A stretch of DNA of 64,000 bases, from NCBI RefSeq assembly GCF_006345805.1, contig NC_043001.1, positions 28,086,001 through 28,150,000 on the forward strand. The letters are read 5' to 3'. The position numbers and the translations under genes are program-made. Positions 50,020 to 63,039 of this stretch are shown piece after piece (position 1 is the stretch's first letter; every line of letters starts with the position of its first letter). The notes under the pieces were generated by a model. That model saw only the letters and a list, made by a program, of their open reading frames with translations, made no database searches and was not told the DNA's origin. Origin of the DNA: Octopus sinensis (lineage: Eukaryota).

Positions 50020-52110
50020 ATATTTTTTTGTGATCGATCTCTGGAGAGCTTCAGTTTTCATAATATTCTGTATCGTGAGGGGGGACCACGGCGGACAACA
50101 GTATTCACGGTGAGGGCGGTCAAAAGTAGAGAAAAGTAGGATAATGGTAGGGGCGTCTCTAAACCGGTAAGTCCTGAGGATCCCATCTTAAAGGCCCTGC
50201 GAGAGATTTCCAATGCAGATGTCATATACCTTGACTTCAGCAAAGCCTTTGACAGGGTTGATCACTGCATCCTGTTAAAGAAACTGTCCAACATTGGAGT
50301 CTGAGGAAAATTGTTAGCTTGGATTAAATGTTTTCTGATGAACAGAACTCAACATGTGGTGATTGATGGTATCCGATCGACCTCAACCAGAGTTATAAGT
50401 GGAGTTCCACAAGACACTGTATTGGGCCTGATCCTTTTCATAATTCATATTAACATCACTAACGTCATCAAACATAGTAGCATGCATATTTTTGCGGATA
50501 ACTCTAAGTTGCTAAAGGTTCTTGACAAGATTGAAGACCAGACAAATCTTTAATCTGATCAAGGTGTTATCCAATGAGCGGAGGAACATAATATACAGCT
50601 AAACGAGAAAAAAATTCAACCTAATCCGCTTCGGTAAAGAGACTGCATTCCAACAACCATACACTTTTCCCTTGGACGAAACTCTCGTGGCATCCAGCAC
50701 TGCTAGAGACCTGGATGTTACTGATGATAAACAAAATAAGCTGGAGTGCTCACATAAACAGCAAAGTTGACATGGCTCGCAAGGCGTGCTCCTGGATCCT
50801 CAGGACTTTCCGGTCTAGAGACGCCCCTACCATTATCCTACTTGTCTCTTCTTTTGCTCGCCCTCACCTTGGATACTGTTGTTCTCTGTGGTTCCCCCCA
50901 CATGATAAAGAATATTATGAAAATTGAATCTCCCCAGAGATCAATCACAAAAAAAATAGATGACATGACAAACCTTGACTATTGGGATCAACTCAAAAAG
51001 CTCAGGCTTTACTCCCTCCAACGCCGCCGTGAGCACTATATCATCTGTATGATGTGGAAAATATTCCATCAACATTGCCCAAATGATATAGGTATCATCT
51101 TTAAAATTCATCCGAGGCTTGGCCCTCGTGCCAACCGTCCACTACAGAAATCATGTTCGTGTCGTATCACAACACTACGACAGAACTATTTCACCTCAAC
51201 TGGATTTGCTCTTTTCAACATCGTGCCAGCCCACATAAAGGAGGAAAGTGATTTAACGGCATGCAAACGGTCCCTAGATGATTACCCCCAACAAATACCA
51301 GAAAAACCACCCACACCAAGATGCAAAATTTTTTCCCACGAGAGTTCCGGACCCTAGTAATGAACTCATTTGCATACAGCCAATCAGATCTCACCTTGAA
51401 AATCCACATACTGTGTACTACTACAGTACAGCGAGTCAGGCATAGAATGGCGTATGCCACTCTGTGAGTACAGCATAGCAGATCTCACATAAGCACCACA
51501 TTCCCCACCCCCACCTTCCTCATAGATCATTTGAGCACCATCTCTATATGGAGCTAATACTGCATGTACCCATTGATATATGTAATGAGGGCGCAATACG
51601 ACACAATGCTATATTGATTACGATGTTTCCATATCAGCACCAACATTTAAATTAGGACTGTACAAAATCAGTCAAAAAATTAGGAAACTACACTCATTTA
51701 AATTTTCTAGTAAATTATGCGAATTGGTAATATCTGCGAACAGCTCTCCATTCACTTTATACACTAAATTTCAAATTTGTCACCCCTGTTAAATCGTTTA
51801 GAACAGTTAGATTTTGCTATAACGCACATTTTCCACTGAACTCAACCAGAGTATTTTCGTGACTAGGTGGAAGCTAGATTGATAGTTGAGCACCGATTGG
51901 CTGTATGGAAATGAGTTCATAATTGGGGTCCGGAACTTTCGTGGGAAAAAAATTCGCTACCCGGATATGTCTCTGAAAATAATAACTCTCAGCTTGAATG
52001 GGCTATGGTGGTCAAGAGCTGACTATGTATTTCTTGTAGGTGGTGCTATTGAATTAGATATGTCTTGGGCCAACTTCAGCGTAAACTTATCTAAGTAATC
52101 TAAGTAAAAT
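50020..52110 (+). mobile_element. degenerate CR1-group LINE (50190-52110) with an inverted extra segment (50020-50190) and an inserted TIR element
   Basis: DVIYLDFSKAFDRVDH; SGVPQDTVLG; RPHLGYCCSLW; LYSLQRRREHYII; 3' GGTGGTGCTATTGAATTAGA motif and TATCTAAG tail. Confidence 0.85.
51327..51954. mobile_element. MITE-like element with about 67-bp TIRs inserted in CR1
   Basis: ATTTTTTCCCACGAGAGTTCCGGACCC...ATTTGCATACAGCCAATCAG at left and its reverse complement at 51887-51954; CR1 sequence resumes after it. Confidence 0.8.
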
Positions 52111-52120
52111 ATGTATGTGA

Positions 52121-52160
<40 letters not shown>

Positions 52161-52189
52161 ACATAAACACGCACACACTATCTCTCTCT

Positions 52190-52229
<40 letters not shown>

Positions 52230-52499
52230 TATATCCACATTATACACATACTCGCACAAATACACATATACATACGAACTATATATTCTAATCACATTTT
52301 CTTCGATACGTTGATCCATTTTGTTCTATAGATCCGAGGCGAAACTTCAGATCGCTAATTTCTGCAAGTATTGTTTAATAACACATGAAGCTAGGTTAAT
52401 AACCGATGCGAAGTTGTTAGCGTAGCATTGTAAGTCAACAAAACACTCATCGTATTTCCAGTGTGATCAGGACTTACATCCACAAACTTAGTCTGGTAT

Positions 52500-53554
52500 C
52501 TATATATAGCCAAATAGAAGGATTTAGCGAGCTTCCTGTCGGGTCTATGCAAAGAATCATGATGAACAAATGCACATAATTCTCTAGCGTACTCATTCTG
52601 ACTAAAAATTATAAATCCCTAGCCTGTCTGTCTGTCTTTCTCTTATCTAATGGATGTGCGGTTCCTTTCTGACACAGTATATCAAAGGAAATCCTGATGT
52701 TTCTTGCAGATCAGGTAGCAGCGTACAGCCTCCATCGTGTTATTAAGGAGAGGCTTATTCAATTCTTACTTAAGTTCAAAGATGGATGGCGCAGCAATAA
52801 TATTTGTCTTCGCTTTGATCGTTGCTCTTCTCCCATAACACATGTTAGCCTCCCCTCCTTCTCTCTTACACACACCTCATTTCTATCACTTTCCCCAATA
52901 GATCAGCAGAGGTGGCCAAATCACGCTTATCATATCTTTCTCTCTTCTATAGTCAGCAAAAGCCTCTTTCTGTTATCTTTTTTATTCTATGGTAATATGA
53001 ATAATCGGTAAATATATATGGCGTACCTCGCGGAAGGGATTCGGGTACCGTGTCCATCATGCGGAAATTCCCATTGTTTTCCTTTGCATGGGAAGAGGAA
53101 GCACTTTTTCTATTTGGTGACTTTAGTGAACATGATTGTATGGTAGACAAAGCTGAAAAAAATAAAAGACATTTTCCTGTCTCCGCAAGTTCCATTTGGA
53201 GAAAAAAGCTGAAGGCAAAGAGGCCGGTGTTTCGGGAATGGTGAGTAAGTATAGCGAAGATGACGCAAATTAACGAATCTGTTATCGGCATGTACCTGTA
53301 AACCGTAGAACAGAGAGTGATCGGAGCATGTCTCCTTAGTACTTAAGGTAAACATGGATCCGCACTATTCCTTGTTTACCTTCAGGTAAATGACTGTCCT
53401 GCAGCAAGGACAAATCTTGTTATTCCTTTTCTACCTTACTGGCTTTCATATCTGCGTTTTATAATGGATTCTGTGTAACCAACTCCGTAAGCATTTTTTT
53501 GCAATTTCTTTGTGTAATGTACAATCATCTGTCGCCCTTGAGGCAACTAAAGAA

Positions 53555-53556
<2 letters not shown>
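52500..53556 (+). mobile_element. degenerate Tx1/L1-clade LINE ORF2 C-terminus and 3' UTR
   Basis: RVPCPSCG..HCF zinc-knuckle-like; FFYLVTLVNMIVW*TKLK..DIFLS; KRPVFREW*VSIAKMTQINESVIGMYL*; 3' end GCCCTTGAGGCAACTAAAGAAAT then (ATT)n; assignment from recollection of Tx1 C-termini. Confidence 0.5.
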
Positions 53557-53607
<51 letters not shown>

Positions 53608-53658
53608 TATTATTATTATTATTACCATTATTATTATTATTATTACTACTATTATTAC

Positions 53659-53694
<36 letters not shown>

Positions 53695-53802
53695 TATTAC
53701 TACTATTATTATTATTATTATTTTATTATTATTATTATTATATTATTATTATTATTATTATTATTACTATTACTATCATTATCATTATCATTATTATTAT
53801 CA

Positions 53803-53855
<53 letters not shown>

Positions 53856-53905
53856 CATCATTATTATTATTATTATTATTATCATTGTTGTTATTATTAT
53901 TATTC
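53557..53905. repeat. (ATT)n microsatellite
   Basis: direct reading. Confidence 0.95.
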
Positions 53906-54489
53906 GGCTAACTCAAATCCTATTTGTATATCTAAGGAAAGCTTTTTCTCTGTTCTCACTTTCTTTCATTCTCCAAGTGTTTAAAACCAACTTAAGCCTT
54001 CTTTAAAGCAACTTAATCCATTAAAGATCATACTGGATTCCAGTGCAACAGAATAAAACAAATAATTGACTGCAAGACAAAATTTTGACAAAATAAAAAA
54101 CAGGATTTATAAATAAATATAAATACGATGTTTATTCAGGTTTTAAGCGGGACTGTCTCCTCCTCTCCATTCTCCCTTCCTCTCCATTTTCCCCTCCTTA
54201 CTCTCTTCTCATTTCTCTCATGCTTTACTTTTTTTTTCATCCTGCTTCTCCATTTCCCCCTCTCTTCGCTGTTTCTATCTTTCTGTTTCTCTTTCCGACT
54301 CACTCACGCTTTTCTCACATCTTTCTCTTTTTTTTCTATCTCTCTCTCCCTCTCTCTCTCTGCCTCTATCTCTCACTCTCCGTTTCTCATCCGTTATATT
54401 GATGTTCTCTTTCTTTTTCTCTCTCTATTTCTTTTTCTGCTACCTCGCCCCTTCATGTACTCTCTCAGCCTGTCTTTGTTGGGGTGTTT

Positions 54490-55000
<511 letters not shown>

Positions 55001-56559
55001 AAATCGTTTTTACTCTTCCTACAGTTACACTTCTCCATCAACAGTACCTCTTCTTTCATCATATTTACCATTCCAGTCTTTTCTTCTAAATTTATCCCTT
55101 TGTATAAATATGGCGGTTTTTTCTTAGCTTATATAATTTTTCGTATTTTATCCCTTTTTCATCTACATTTTTCCTCTTTCTCTCTCATTGCATTCTTACA
55201 TAACATTTTTCCTTCTTTCGATTTTTCTATACTTCTCTCTCCCTCTCTCTCTTTCTACCTCTCTCTCGTATGCTTTCTTTAGCTCTTCTTCTGTAACTAA
55301 CTAATTTCCATCTTTCTCTCTTGTTTTCCCTCATCACATCATTCGCTTTTCTTAACTTTATTTTATTCTAAAACTGTACACGTCAAGTATTTACATTTTC
55401 TTTCTCGGCCTGTTTTTCGTTCTTTCTTACAGTCTTTCTTCTTTCTTTCTTTTTAACATCTTTCGTCATTTTCTTCCAATTTCTTCCTCTTGATATTTCT
55501 TCCGTTTTTACTTTGTGCCTTTCCTTCCTTTCGTTTTTCTTTCTTTCGCTTTTTCTTTCTTTCTTCCTCTCTCTCTCTCTCACTCTCTCTTTCTTTCTTT
55601 TTTCTTTCCTTCTTCATTCATTTTTCCTTCGTTTTCCTTTCAGCTCCATTCCCCCCCCCCCATTCTCTCGATTTTTCTTTGGTAATTTTCTTATGATTTC
55701 TTATAATTTTCTTTTCTGATACCTTTTACCTTTTCATCCATTCTTACTTTCTTTCCAAAGTAACTTTGTCCTGTCTAACTTTCTTCTTGACTTTTTAGAC
55801 TTCTATCTTTTTCTCTGTATATCATTCTTATTTATCACCGCGCTTTCCTTTCCCTCTTTCCATTGTATCTTCTCTGAGGTTATTTTGTGCGGAATCGTTC
55901 TGACAAGAAATAACATCACTGAAACCTTTGACTATGGCATGATTTAATATGTGCCTTACATCATTTTATTTATGCCGTCCTTATTGCTGTGGTTTAACCC
56001 CAGGCTGAAGATGTTCAAACATATCTAAAACAAAAGGACTTTCCACAAACTCATCCTTTACGCAGACATTTTGTATCTAGTTCTACATTATTCACGGTAT
56101 CTGTCCTTTTTAAGATGGTATCATCTGACTTCTTGATATTTTGTTGCTATTTTCAGCATCTCAAATGAACATAAATGCATTCCACTTGTCTTTTTAGGGA
56201 TATCTTGAGCTCCATATATAGAATGTATCATTTCAGATTTTATGTAGTCAGAATTATTGTTTTTCACTGGATGGTAAATGAACAAGCAAGACCAGATAGA
56301 AAAACGAGGAAAATTATGACAGTATTTAGAGACGTTACCAGAAATCTGAAATAGAAAAATTATATTCCACAAACTGATGTCAGTAAAGGCTTTATACAAC
56401 TAGAAAAGTACTATAACATACCAACTGTAGGACTACGAAGTGCCTAATTTATAATCAAGAGAAACAGATAGAAATAACTACAAAACGAGTGAAACGAATA
56501 ATAGTTTTGTCTTCGAAGCTGAAAAATACAAAGTAGAAGATATAATAACTGTAAAGCTA

Positions 56560-56752
56560 AACAACCAAAGCTGCAAGTAGAGAATGTTATAATAAAAGAT
56601 CGTGCGGAAATTCGCAGTATAACAAATACTGGATTAAGCTGAACAGAATAAAAATAAAGATCTAACCACTGGCTGAGAAATGCGGGTCTCAGAGAAGAGA
56701 CTGAAGGCTTCTTAACCGCGAGACAAGATCGAAGCCTTCCTACCAGAAACCA

Positions 56753-56783
<31 letters not shown>

Positions 56784-57200
56784 CAAACATAATGAAGCAG
56801 AGTGCAATAAGCAAGTGCAGAATTAGATGATGGGGGAAAATACTAAAATTTATTCCGGCTAGACGTGGCAGATTTAGAACTTACATACACTGGAAGTAAG
56901 GCCAGCTCCATGGAATAACATCAGAAAAGAGATGGTATAGGCATACCCAACAAAAGCATCAGAAAATGACAAAATAACCATACTCTGGAATATGCTAATA
57001 CACAGATAGGGAGATCAAGGCTAATTTGTGAGATATTGTTGTCAAGGACAACGAAGGAAAAAAGAAAACTAAAACTTCAAAGTCGACATATCAGTCACGG
57101 CAGATGACAATGCGTTTCTAAAATAACTGAAGAAACTACCGAAATTCAAAGATCTGGAAATAGAAATATGGAGCATGAAAACAGATACAATCCCTGTAAT
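56560..57200 (+). mobile_element. degenerate R4/Dong-like LINE 3' fragment
   Basis: WLRNAGLREETEGFLTARQDRSLPTRN; SENDKITILWNM; DIVVKD; KFKDLEIEI. Confidence 0.75.
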
Positions 57201-57219
57201 AATCCTTTCTCCTGGAAGC

Positions 57220-58173
57220 ACAAGGCTTCAAAATTGGGGGAAGGGATTAAGTCGACTACATCGACCCCAGTGCGTAACTGGTACTTATTTAATCGACCTC
57301 GAAAGGATGTAAGGCAAAGTCGACCCCGGCGGAATTTGAACTCAGAAAGTAGCGGCAGACGAAATACCGCTACGCATTTCGCCCGGTGTGCTAACGATTC
57401 TTATTTTTTTACTGCCCACAAGGGGCTACATACAGAGGGGACAAACAAGGACAGACAAACGGATTAAGTCGATTATATCGACCCCAGTGCGTAACTGGTA
57501 CTCTATTTAATCGACCCCGAAAGAATGAAAGGCAAAGTCGAACTCGGCAGAATTTGATCTCAGAATGTAAAGACGGACGAAATACTTATTTCTTTACTAC
57601 CCACAAGGGGCTAAACACAGAGGGGACAAACAAGGACAGACATAAGTATTAAGTCGATTATATCGAACCTAGTCCGTAACTAGTACTTATTTAATCGACC
57701 CCGAAAGAATGAAAGGCAAAGTTGACCTCGGCGGAATTTGAACTCAGAACGTTGCGGCAGACGAATTACCTATTTCTTTACTGACCACAAGGGGCTCCTC
57801 ACAGAGGGGACAAGCAAGGACAGACAAACGGATTAAGTCGATTATATCTACCCCAGTGTGTTACTGGTACTTATTTAATCGTCCCCGAAAGGATTAAAGG
57901 CAAAGTCGACCTCGGCTGAATTTGAACTCAGAACGTAGCGGCAGACGAAATACCTATTTCTTTACTACCCACAAGGGGCTAAACACAAAGAGGACAAACG
58001 GATTAAGTCGATTACACCGACCCCAGTGCGTAACTGGTACTTAATTTATCAACCCCGAAAAGATTAAAGGCAAAGTCGACCTCGGCGGAATTTGAACTCA
58101 GGACGTAGCTGCAGACGAAACACGGCTACGCATTTCGCCCGGCGCGCTAACGTTTCTGCCAGCTCGCCGCCTT
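57220..58173 (-). mobile_element. five-unit tandem array of the Meta-type SINE
   Basis: one head at 58173, units of about 180 bp joined at GAAATAGGTATTTCG or AATAAGAATCGTTAG, last unit with tail A. Confidence 0.9.
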
Positions 58174-58227
58174 AAGACTGTCACTTTATGTTGGCAAACA
58201 GACTTTAACATATATATATATAAATTT

Positions 58228-58269
<42 letters not shown>

Positions 58270-58894
58270 TGTGTAGGTCTTGTTTGTTTGTGTGTGTGTG
58301 TCTTTGTCGACGTGTTTACGTATGGATGTACGCATGCACGCAAACGTTTGTGTACATGTATGAATGAGGAACGAAGACGAGACGAGGAGAAGAAAAAAAA
58401 ACTGAAAGAAGAGCCGACTATGATGAAGAGAATGAAGGAACAAATGGAAATAGATAAAGAATATGAAGACAACGGCGATGGCGACTACGATGCCGCCGAT
58501 AATGCTAATGGTGGATGGCGTCGGTAATGTCAGCGAAGGGAAGAAAAATTCTGTACAAAAGGCATAAATAAGCTGACAAATATTTTAGTAGAAGCTAAAC
58601 ACTGTGACACGGCATGAAATCAATAAAGGACAGAGGAAAGAGAAACAGCCCTTTCCTCTTCCTCTTTCCCAAAGGCAACGTCTGAGCCCTCTTTATTGTT
58701 AAGCAGTACATGGGAAAGCGACACGTTTCTTTGCTGCCCAATTAGACGGCTATTATATTAAAAGTCCCGATGACGAAACAGCCGTTGGCTTTACAAAGGA
58801 ACTAACTATATCGAATTGGTTAGGTACTCCACTGACATGCATTCTACTTCCTTCTATAAAAAAAAATATTCTTCCTCTTTTTTTCTTCTCTTTC

Positions 58895-59012
58895 GTTCTT
58901 CTTCTTCTTCTTCTTCTTCTCCTTCTTCTTCTTCTTCTTCTTCTCCTTCTTCTTCTTCTTCTTCTTCTTCTTGCTGTTGTTGTTGTTGTTGTTTTTGTTG
59001 TTGCTCTTGAGG
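58895..59012. repeat. CTT/GTT microsatellite
   Basis: direct reading. Confidence 0.95.
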
Positions 59013-59204
59013 CTGTTGTTGTTATTTCTGGGGGTCGATGAAATAAAGTACCAATCAAGACCTGATCTCGATGGTATCAATATACTCCTTATTCTTTAAA
59101 TTTGGTAGCTTTGTGTTTGCGCGTACATCAGAAACTATCATCATGATCATGATCATCATCATCATCATCATCATCATTATTATTATTGTTATTATTATTA
59201 TTTA

Positions 59205-59583
59205 AGGCGGCGAGCTGGCAGACACTTTAGAACGCCGGGTGAAATGCGAAGCTGTATTTCGTCAGCCGTTACGTTCTGAGTTAAAATTCCGCCCAGGTCG
59301 ACTTTCATCCTTGCGGGGTCGATTAAATAAGTACCAGTTACGCACTGGGGTCGATATAATCGACTTAATCCGTTTATCCTCTGTGTTTAGCCCCTTGTGG
59401 GTAGTAAAGAAATAGGTATTTCGTTTGTCTTTACGTCCTGAGTTCAAATTCCACCGAGGTCGACTTTGCCTTTTATCATTTCGGGGTCGATAAATTAAGT
59501 ACCAGTTGCGCACTGGAGCCGATCTAATCGACTGGCCCCCTCCCCACCGAAATTTCGGGCCTTGTGCCAAGAGTAGAAAACTA
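59205..59583 (+). mobile_element. Meta-type SINE dimer
   Basis: AAGGCGGCGAGCTGGCAG head, tail B, GAAATAGGTATTTCG junction, tail A GGGCCTTGTGCCAAGAGTAGAAAA. Confidence 0.9.
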
Positions 59584-59625
59584 ATGTGGCAGTTCTGATT
59601 AGGACGGTGTTAGTACCTTGTAAGG

Positions 59626-59701
<76 letters not shown>

Positions 59702-59774
59702 GTGCGTGTGTGTGTTTGTGTGTGTAATGACTAGCGTCGAATTGTCAATCTCTTCCTACTTTTGTTGTTCCCGT

Positions 59775-59952
59775 ATTTGAAAAGACCAGCCTTGTCACAC
59801 ACTGTGTCACGCTGAACCTCCCGGAGAACTACGTTAAGGGTACACGTGTCTGTAGAGTGCTCAACCCCTTGCACGTTAATTTCACGAGCAGGCTGGCTGT
59901 TCCGCTGATCGGATCCACTGGAACCCTCGTCGTCGTAACCGACGGAGTGCCA
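59775..59952 (+). mobile_element. third SINE family tail type 3 without head
   Basis: homologous to 47580-47747. Confidence 0.8.
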
Positions 59953-60256
59953 CGGCATATATATGTATGAATGTGTGCGTGTGTGTGTGTGTGTGTGGTG
60001 TGTGTGTGTGTGGTGTGTGCGTGTGTGTGCGTATAGGTGTGTATATATATATATATATTTGTATAGTATATATATTACGTAATATATATGTATGTATGTA
60101 TCTATCCAACTCTTTCGGTCTCTTTCTCTCCACACATACATACATATATATATTATATATATATATATACATACATACATACATATATATATATATATAC
60201 ATGCACACACACGCGCATATGTTTACACATTTAAACATGCATACATATATTTAATA

Positions 60257-60772
60257 CTAGCAGAGATACCCGGCGTTGCCCGGTTACATTCACTTGAAGA
60301 ATTAGACTTTTCTGTTATATTTTCTGTAATGAACTGTAATATCTGTTTCGAATTTCATTAAAAGTGCAGATGAAGGTTATTTCTCTCTTTATACACCCTA
60401 AAAAAATTTTAATCGTGGCATATGTATCCCATACTATTGATTTTTATGCGCATATTCCAAAATTCCAGTCTTATTGAACCTGTTAAAAAGATTTTGCTCC
60501 TAAAAAATGAAGGTCATGGAGCTCTAAAATGTGAGAGTTAAGGACCCTATTGGGGGTGGGCATCTTAATGCCAACCAGAGAAGTTGAATTGTTGAAAATC
60601 TTTTTAACTTGGGTCTTATATCTATTGCTTGAATTTCTTTGAAATAGGAAATAGATGTTCACTGGGTTGTAAAAGAGAGCAAAGCTACAGGAAACCAAAA
60701 GACGAATGATCACAATAAGCAGTCAGTTACCCTACCCTAGTCGTTACTTGAAGTACCGGTTCAAGAACTATG

Positions 60773-60780
<8 letters not shown>
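60257..60780 (-). mobile_element. non-autonomous Helitron
   Basis: CTAG-CAGAGATACCCGGCGTTGCCCGG terminus as at 25819; other end runs into (TA)n. Confidence 0.6.
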
Positions 60781-60830
<50 letters not shown>

Positions 60831-60959
60831 GTGTGTGCATACATATATGTATATACACACACAAACACACACACACAAAGATAAATTGATAGATACAACT
60901 GAGTGGGCAAACAAAAATATGAGACACTTCGTAGTGCTTTTTGATATTTTGATAAGCCT

Positions 60960-61250
60960 TGTACTTATTCTATCAGTTTCTTCTTGTGAAACCAGTAAGT
61001 TATGGGGATGTAAATAAACGAACATCAGTTGTGAAGCAGTGATGAGAGAAAAACACGAAGACACACACATAGACTTACATATATACATACAATTGATTTC
61101 TTTCAGTTTCTGTCTACAAAATCCACTGACCAGACTTTGGTTGGTCTCAGGCTATAGCAGAAGACACATGCCAAGTTACCACACAGTGGGACTGAACTGA
61201 GGACTATGTGTTTTGGAACCAAGTGTGTTACCACACAGCCACACCTGCAC
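60960..61250 (-). mobile_element. diverged CORE-like SINE
   Basis: GGCTATAGCAGAAGACACATGCC...GGGACTGAAC and tail remnants. Confidence 0.75.
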
Positions 61251-61815
61251 TTATATATATGTGTGTGTGTGTGTGTATGGGTGTATAGATGTATATATGT
61301 ATGCATATATATATATATATATGTGTATATATATGTTTACATATTATCTTCTATTTTACAGAGAAATTGGAAGCCCCGAATGTAAGCCCCCGCTTTATGC
61401 ATAATTCAATATTTATAGTTCTCTATTTCTAACTGAAATTCTGTCCTTAATAATTCTAGATCTCTATTTCTAAATGTAATTCTTTTTCTTCTCGTTTAGC
61501 TTATAACAATAAGACGCATTCTTGTCTGTCTCTTGACAAAGCTTTTTTTCTCCAGCGTTCACCACTTCACCTTGTTAGGGTTAAACAGCCCTTACCGAAT
61601 GTTTTTACTGTCCTATTTTTGTTAGCAGCTTTGACATTTCACGTATCTCAAATTTTATTTGCTTTGGGGGAGCAATTGCTTTGACGAAGACGTATCTCGT
61701 GGCAATGCTCGCAATGCGGAGTAAGTAAAACTGCCAACAACTGAGGAAGGGTTGTTTTTTTATGCTGCCTTCGCGCTATAGTTCTCTATATATAACTGAA
61801 ATTCTTTCTTTCTTC

Positions 61816-62120
61816 CCAAGCCAAGCCAAGCCATAGCGCTGACTTTGGTGTCGTAGCCCTTGGACAGTCTGCCCAATGGCGCCCAGAGCGAGCCTTTTCC
61901 ACTTACCAAGTTATAGGCCTTTGTCCGATCAATGAAGGCCATATATAACGGCATTTTCTGCTCTCTGGACTTCTCCTGAAGTTGGCGTATGGAGAATATC
62001 ATGTCAATAGTTGATCTACTTCTTCTAAAGCCACACTGCGATTCTGGATAAATTCGAGAAGCAAGCAGCTGTAGCCTGGACAGGATAATGTGAGCAAAAG
62101 CCTTTCCAACAGTGCTTATA
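61816..62120 (-). mobile_element. internally deleted RTE-clade fragment: RT segment joined to a (GCTTG)n tail
   Basis: STVGKAFAHIILSRL..YPESQCGFRRSRSTIDMIFSIRQLQEKSREQKMPLYMAFID. Confidence 0.85.
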
Positions 62121-62574
62121 CATACACACACATGCATACATACATGTATAGAATCATACAGACAGACGAAAAATTTTACCCATATTTCTCTATACTCTCT
62201 ATGTTTTTCTATCTCTTTTACAGCATAAGACTACCTAACACGATCAGGCAGTTTCCGGGCATCCCCTGACTCACTGGCCAATCTGGATTGATCTCCATCG
62301 GCCCTGTCGACTGCTCCTATCATTTTAGTTATTTAAAGCCTGACCTTGCCCGTATCTTTTCTTCTATTTAATACATATCACTCCATGCCATTTCTGTTCT
62401 TTTATTGTCTTTGTCTTGTCCCATCTTCCATCTTATTAATTCTCTTATATTCGTACCTCTTTCTTCATCTTTCTTCATTTTGCATTAGTTTCATTAGTTT
62501 CATTCTTCCTTCTAATTCATTCTCTTTTATTTGTTTCCTTCACTGTCTGTGGTCCAGCTGAGGCATGGGGCTTT

Positions 62575-62757
62575 CTCCGTACGGGTTGCGGATCCGTGGA
62601 ATAAGCTGCCGGATGAGATAGTAAAGATGCCGACGACCGCTCGGTTCAAAGTCTCCCTTGGCTACAAGCGGCCTGAACTCTTTACATGAACACCATCCTG
62701 TACATAACTCCATGTCCCCCTACATGGCCTTGCTTTTTGCTTTTTGAGCCAAATAAT

Positions 62758-62793
<36 letters not shown>
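62575..62793 (+). mobile_element. short CR1 3' end (same family as 6013-6540)
   Basis: high identity to 6330-6540; CCATGT/ACATGG hairpin; (TAAC)n tail. Confidence 0.9.
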
Positions 62794-62819
62794 CTTCTCG
62801 AAAAAGGTGCCCCCATTAC

Positions 62820-62965
62820 TTATGTTTCTTTAAAGATCTGGTACGTAGCCTTCCCTATTACCTAACCGCTGGCTTACGAGGATGTAAACGAAGCCGCAGC
62901 GGTTGACAAGTGGTAGCGGTTGTTGACAAACACGTCACAAACACACACACACGTGTATGTCTATG

Positions 62966-63039
<74 letters not shown>

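Noticed and set aside
53238-53246. Strong donor G|GTGAGT after ORF 53050-53244
   Set aside because: Lies inside a degenerate Tx1-like ORF2; no matching acceptor or host protein similarity
57220-58173. Regularly spaced repeats resembling a CRISPR array
   Set aside because: Whole 180-bp units are homologous, with no unique spacers and no cas genes; eukaryotic SINE multimer
58288-58527. Charged ORF MNEERRRDEEKKKKLKEE...
   Set aside because: Low-complexity purine tract with no splice or domain support
58748-58790. CCGATGACGAAAC inside an ACGGCT/AGCCGT stem
   Set aside because: No stem II and U4 altered; cannot form a hammerhead
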